The translations under genes and the position numbers were made by a program. From an uncultured delta proteobacterium (GTDB lineage: Bacteria; Desulfobacterota; Binatia; UBA9968): DNA of 64,000 nucleotides. The notes under the pieces were generated by a model. The model was given only the letters and a program-made list of their open reading frames with translations. It was not told the DNA's origin and did no database searches. Location: the NCBI GenBank assembly GCA_963755715.1, contig CAVWLW010000054.1, positions 64,001-128,000 of the forward strand. Reading direction: 5' to 3'. Each line of letters begins with the position of its first letter. Positions within the stretch are counted from its first letter, which is position 1. This document shows positions 61,588-64,000 of the stretch, piece after piece.

Positions 61588-61803
61588 TCAGTTCAGCGGC
61601 TTATCCGAGGGCAATCCGCCCCAGCCGATTGTGGTGTGGCCCCCGGCTGAGGAGCGCAACACAACTATACGCGACGCCGGTACACCGCTACATCCGCTCT
61701 CCCGTCACCATCATAGTCCGCGGGCCAGCAGCGATATGTCCTGAGATAATCCTCCCCATCTCACTGCCGTCTGCATGCCGTCTGAAGAACACCTGATGAA
61801 CCA
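61588..61803 (-). pseudogene. Decayed C-terminus of an FG-GAP/VCBS repeat surface protein
   Basis: Manual translation: WFIRCSSDGMQTAVRWGGLSQDI / ADYDGDGRADVAVYR / TAG stop / LRSSAGGHTTIGWGGLPSDKPLN*. Confidence 0.75.
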
Positions 61804-62482
61804 CCGAGAACGTCACATTTTTTGGCACCCAAAACCTAACCCGTCGCTAACGGCTAGAAAAACTTCTGTTCAAGATAATACAGTAACCATAACAGGCAGG
61901 GTGGTCGAGACCAAGAATCTCTTCGGTCAATCGCGAATCACGATGGCATCATAGTCTCAGCTCCCCGTTCACATCGAATTAAAAATGCTCCGCAGCGTGT
62001 ATCGAAAAAGTCTATTGCGTTAAGATAATCCAGATGCGAACTGTTTTAAACCATCAGGGTTTCCCCTATTTTCGAATCTAAATTCCTTAGTAGGAATGCG
62101 CCGTGGCGTCACTTCTTCATCACGATCACGTTTGAGGGAATATCCTAAAAGCCGTAGGCCCTAGGAATGCATGCCTCGCCGCAGTAGTAAGGACATCTCG
62201 CCGTAAATAGGTGCGGTCTTCCCTCAAAAGCGATGCTGTCGTAGTCGGCGAGGCCGCTCAGTGTCGACGAAAATAGCCGCCAGGTGAGCGGTCCAAAAAT
62301 CACTGCTTTGTTCGCTCCTCGAGTCGCGACATTGCACGATGAAATCCCGCGGCCTTGTCGTGGCAATGAGAACTCCACCAGGGCCTTTATAACCGTTAAG
62401 AAATATCCGCTCAGTTAGTCCGGAGTCGTCACCCCTACCAGTGGTGAACAGGAAGGCAGGAGTGCGTAGGTTGTGAGTCTTG

Positions 62483-62970
62483 CTACTTAGGTCGTTTCTT
62501 AATGAATACAATGGAAGGCGTAATGGTGAGATTTTCGAATTTGGACCCACGAGTAGCCGTTCCGGTTACACGTGCGCGTGTCAGATCTTTTGCTCCTTGT
62601 TCGTCAACGAGTTCCTTTATGAACCCAACCATTCCGTAGCGGTGGCTGTTAGAGGATATGCGGAAAGCACGCCGAGTTTCCTTGGCAAGGATAACAAGCC
62701 AGAATAGAGTTTGGAACGGGGGCGGTAAGTTTTTCCGTCCGTCCAATCACTCCAATATCCAGTTCCCCAGTCTTCAATTACATAAAGTCCGGATGGCTTT
62801 AGGTGGTTGTCAAACAAATGCCAGAACGCGATCTTGGTCAAATCTCCAAAATGAGAAGCGTCATCAATGATGATATCGAATCCTTCGGGGGCAGTTTTGC
62901 GAGCGACCACGCTTAAAAGCGGTGTCTTCTTGCGCACCCTGAAACACGTGGACACGCTCTTCATTAGAGA
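62483..62970 (-). pseudogene. 5'-truncated class I methyltransferase (sugar O-methyltransferase-like)
   Basis: RVHVFQG.Q.D, FDIIIDDASH, LKP.GLYVIEDW, GMVGFIKELVDE spread over several frames. The N-terminal SAM motif is absent. Confidence 0.7.
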
Positions 62971-63153
62971 TCGGCGGTCAGTATGGTGACGGTGCGAGCG
63001 GCAAGGGTACGCACCTGCCATTCAACTTTCAGCTGCTTCGACTGCCATGAAATGCGCGAGGGATCGCCGCCGCCGTGGAGCGCTACGAGGCATTGCTGCC
63101 TGCTTACTCTTGGCCGAACTGGGTGCTCGGGCCCGCAGGGCCATGAGACTTTC

Positions 63154-64000
63154 CTATCCGCTGATCGCGGGATCGAGGCCTAATTCGCGCATTCGATCGC
63201 GTCGGAAGTCGCAGGTGGCACAAAGTCCCGACCATCGTCCAACAGCCAATGACTTTCGGAGATGGCGCCAATCCGGTCCCGTCCATGCCTCGTCGAGGTT
63301 CGGTCGCTCAAGGTTTAACTGCCCAAGACGTATTCCCTCACAACAGGTGCCAAGCTCACCGTTAGACAGAACGGAGACTGTCTCGAAGGGGAAGTGACAT
63401 ACCCAGCTGGCCGAGTTAGCTCTTTGCGGGCGAAGTTCGGCACCGCTACCCGCAGAAATGCTTTCTTCATCGCAGCGTCGTTCTGGCTCGTCGCTTTTAG
63501 CGGAAAGACCTGTTTTGACCTCAATCGTCTCAAGAAGTGTTTTCCCGGCTTCGGAATCATCACGCGCCGTACCGGTTGAGGCGCACCTCCTGAACCGCCT
63601 CCAGCGCCCCACGATCGAGCGTGCGCCTGGAACGGCCCGGCCGATAGCCATAAGCCGTCGGTTCCAGGTCCGCCTCGAAGATCGCCTGCTGTGTCCGGTC
63701 TCACGAGGTACCGAGACCCCAACTGAACCAGATTTGCTCCGCCAAGTCGTTGCGTTTAGGGGTATCACTTCAACGAGGGCCGTTCTCGTTTCATCGAGAT
63801 TCGGCGGCAGCTGGACATGGATCCCGCGACGTGCCGCCTCGCCGCGGATCTGGTCGAAAACTCGATTCGCCGCAGCCGCGTGATGTACAAGCGACTGACT
63901 CGTTTGTTCGCCCGTCACTGGGTTGAACAGCCGGTATTGAACGCGGTCGACGCCTTTATCTACGAGATCCAGAATAGCCAGAAGGTCGTCGAGATTGTCA
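63154..64000 (-). CDS. Radical SAM/SPASM-domain protein, C-terminal part (runs off the window)
   Basis: C.FPF....V..NG....CC...G.L.....W.G.....LR.......C..C twitch/SPASM pattern. The frame is open to the window edge. Confidence 0.75.
   Translation of the reverse strand, partial: DNLDDLLAILDLVDKGVDRVQYRLFNPVTGEQTSQSLVHHAAAANRVFDQIRGEAARRGIHVQLPPNLDETRTALVEVIPLNATTWRSKSGSVGVSVPRETGHSRRSSRRTWNRRLMAIGRAVPGARSIVGRWRRFRRCASTGTARDDSEAGKTLLETIEVKTGLSAKSDEPERRCDEESISAGSGAELRPQRANSASWVCHFPFETVSVLSNGELGTCCEGIRLGQLNLERPNLDEAWTGPDWRHLRKSLAVGRWSGLCATCDFRRDRMRELGLDPAISG

Overview
Bacterial window, almost entirely minus-strand. The gene style resembles Ca. Binatia/deltaproteobacteria-like lineages (inference, not searched). 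There are four blocks. (1) 0.2-5.5 kb: small catabolic genes (NAD(P) oxidoreductase, GtrA, a GGT remnant, VOC protein, NMT1-type binding protein, two AMDase/maleate-isomerase paralogs). (2) 5.7-15.5 kb: an apparent 12-gene operon, coxD-coxE-xdhC(N)-xdhC-ribK(archaeal CTP type)-ubiX-fni-two split-barrel flavoproteins-MacAB-type exporter. It looks like a self-contained prenylated-FMN supply and maturation unit joined to Mo-enzyme chaperones, with no client enzyme in view. This is the best candidate for an undescribed system. (3) 15.9-28.5 kb: an Xps-type type II secretion cluster (E-F-G-H-I-J-K-L-M-C-D) whose secretin carries a C-terminal SPOR domain. (4) 29-64 kb: a mosaic surface-glycan locus (WcaJ, ligase, GTs, Gmd, about 8 methyltransferase domains). 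It contains a ~6.9 kb GT-C glycosylation cassette bracketed by ~460-bp diverged direct repeats, two methyltransferase/coiled-coil 'ruler' proteins with internal tandem repeats, an A10 tract controlling an MT-to-GT fusion, and decayed remnants. About a dozen single-base indels split otherwise intact genes and are probably long-read errors. No rRNA, tRNA, CRISPR or transposase was seen.
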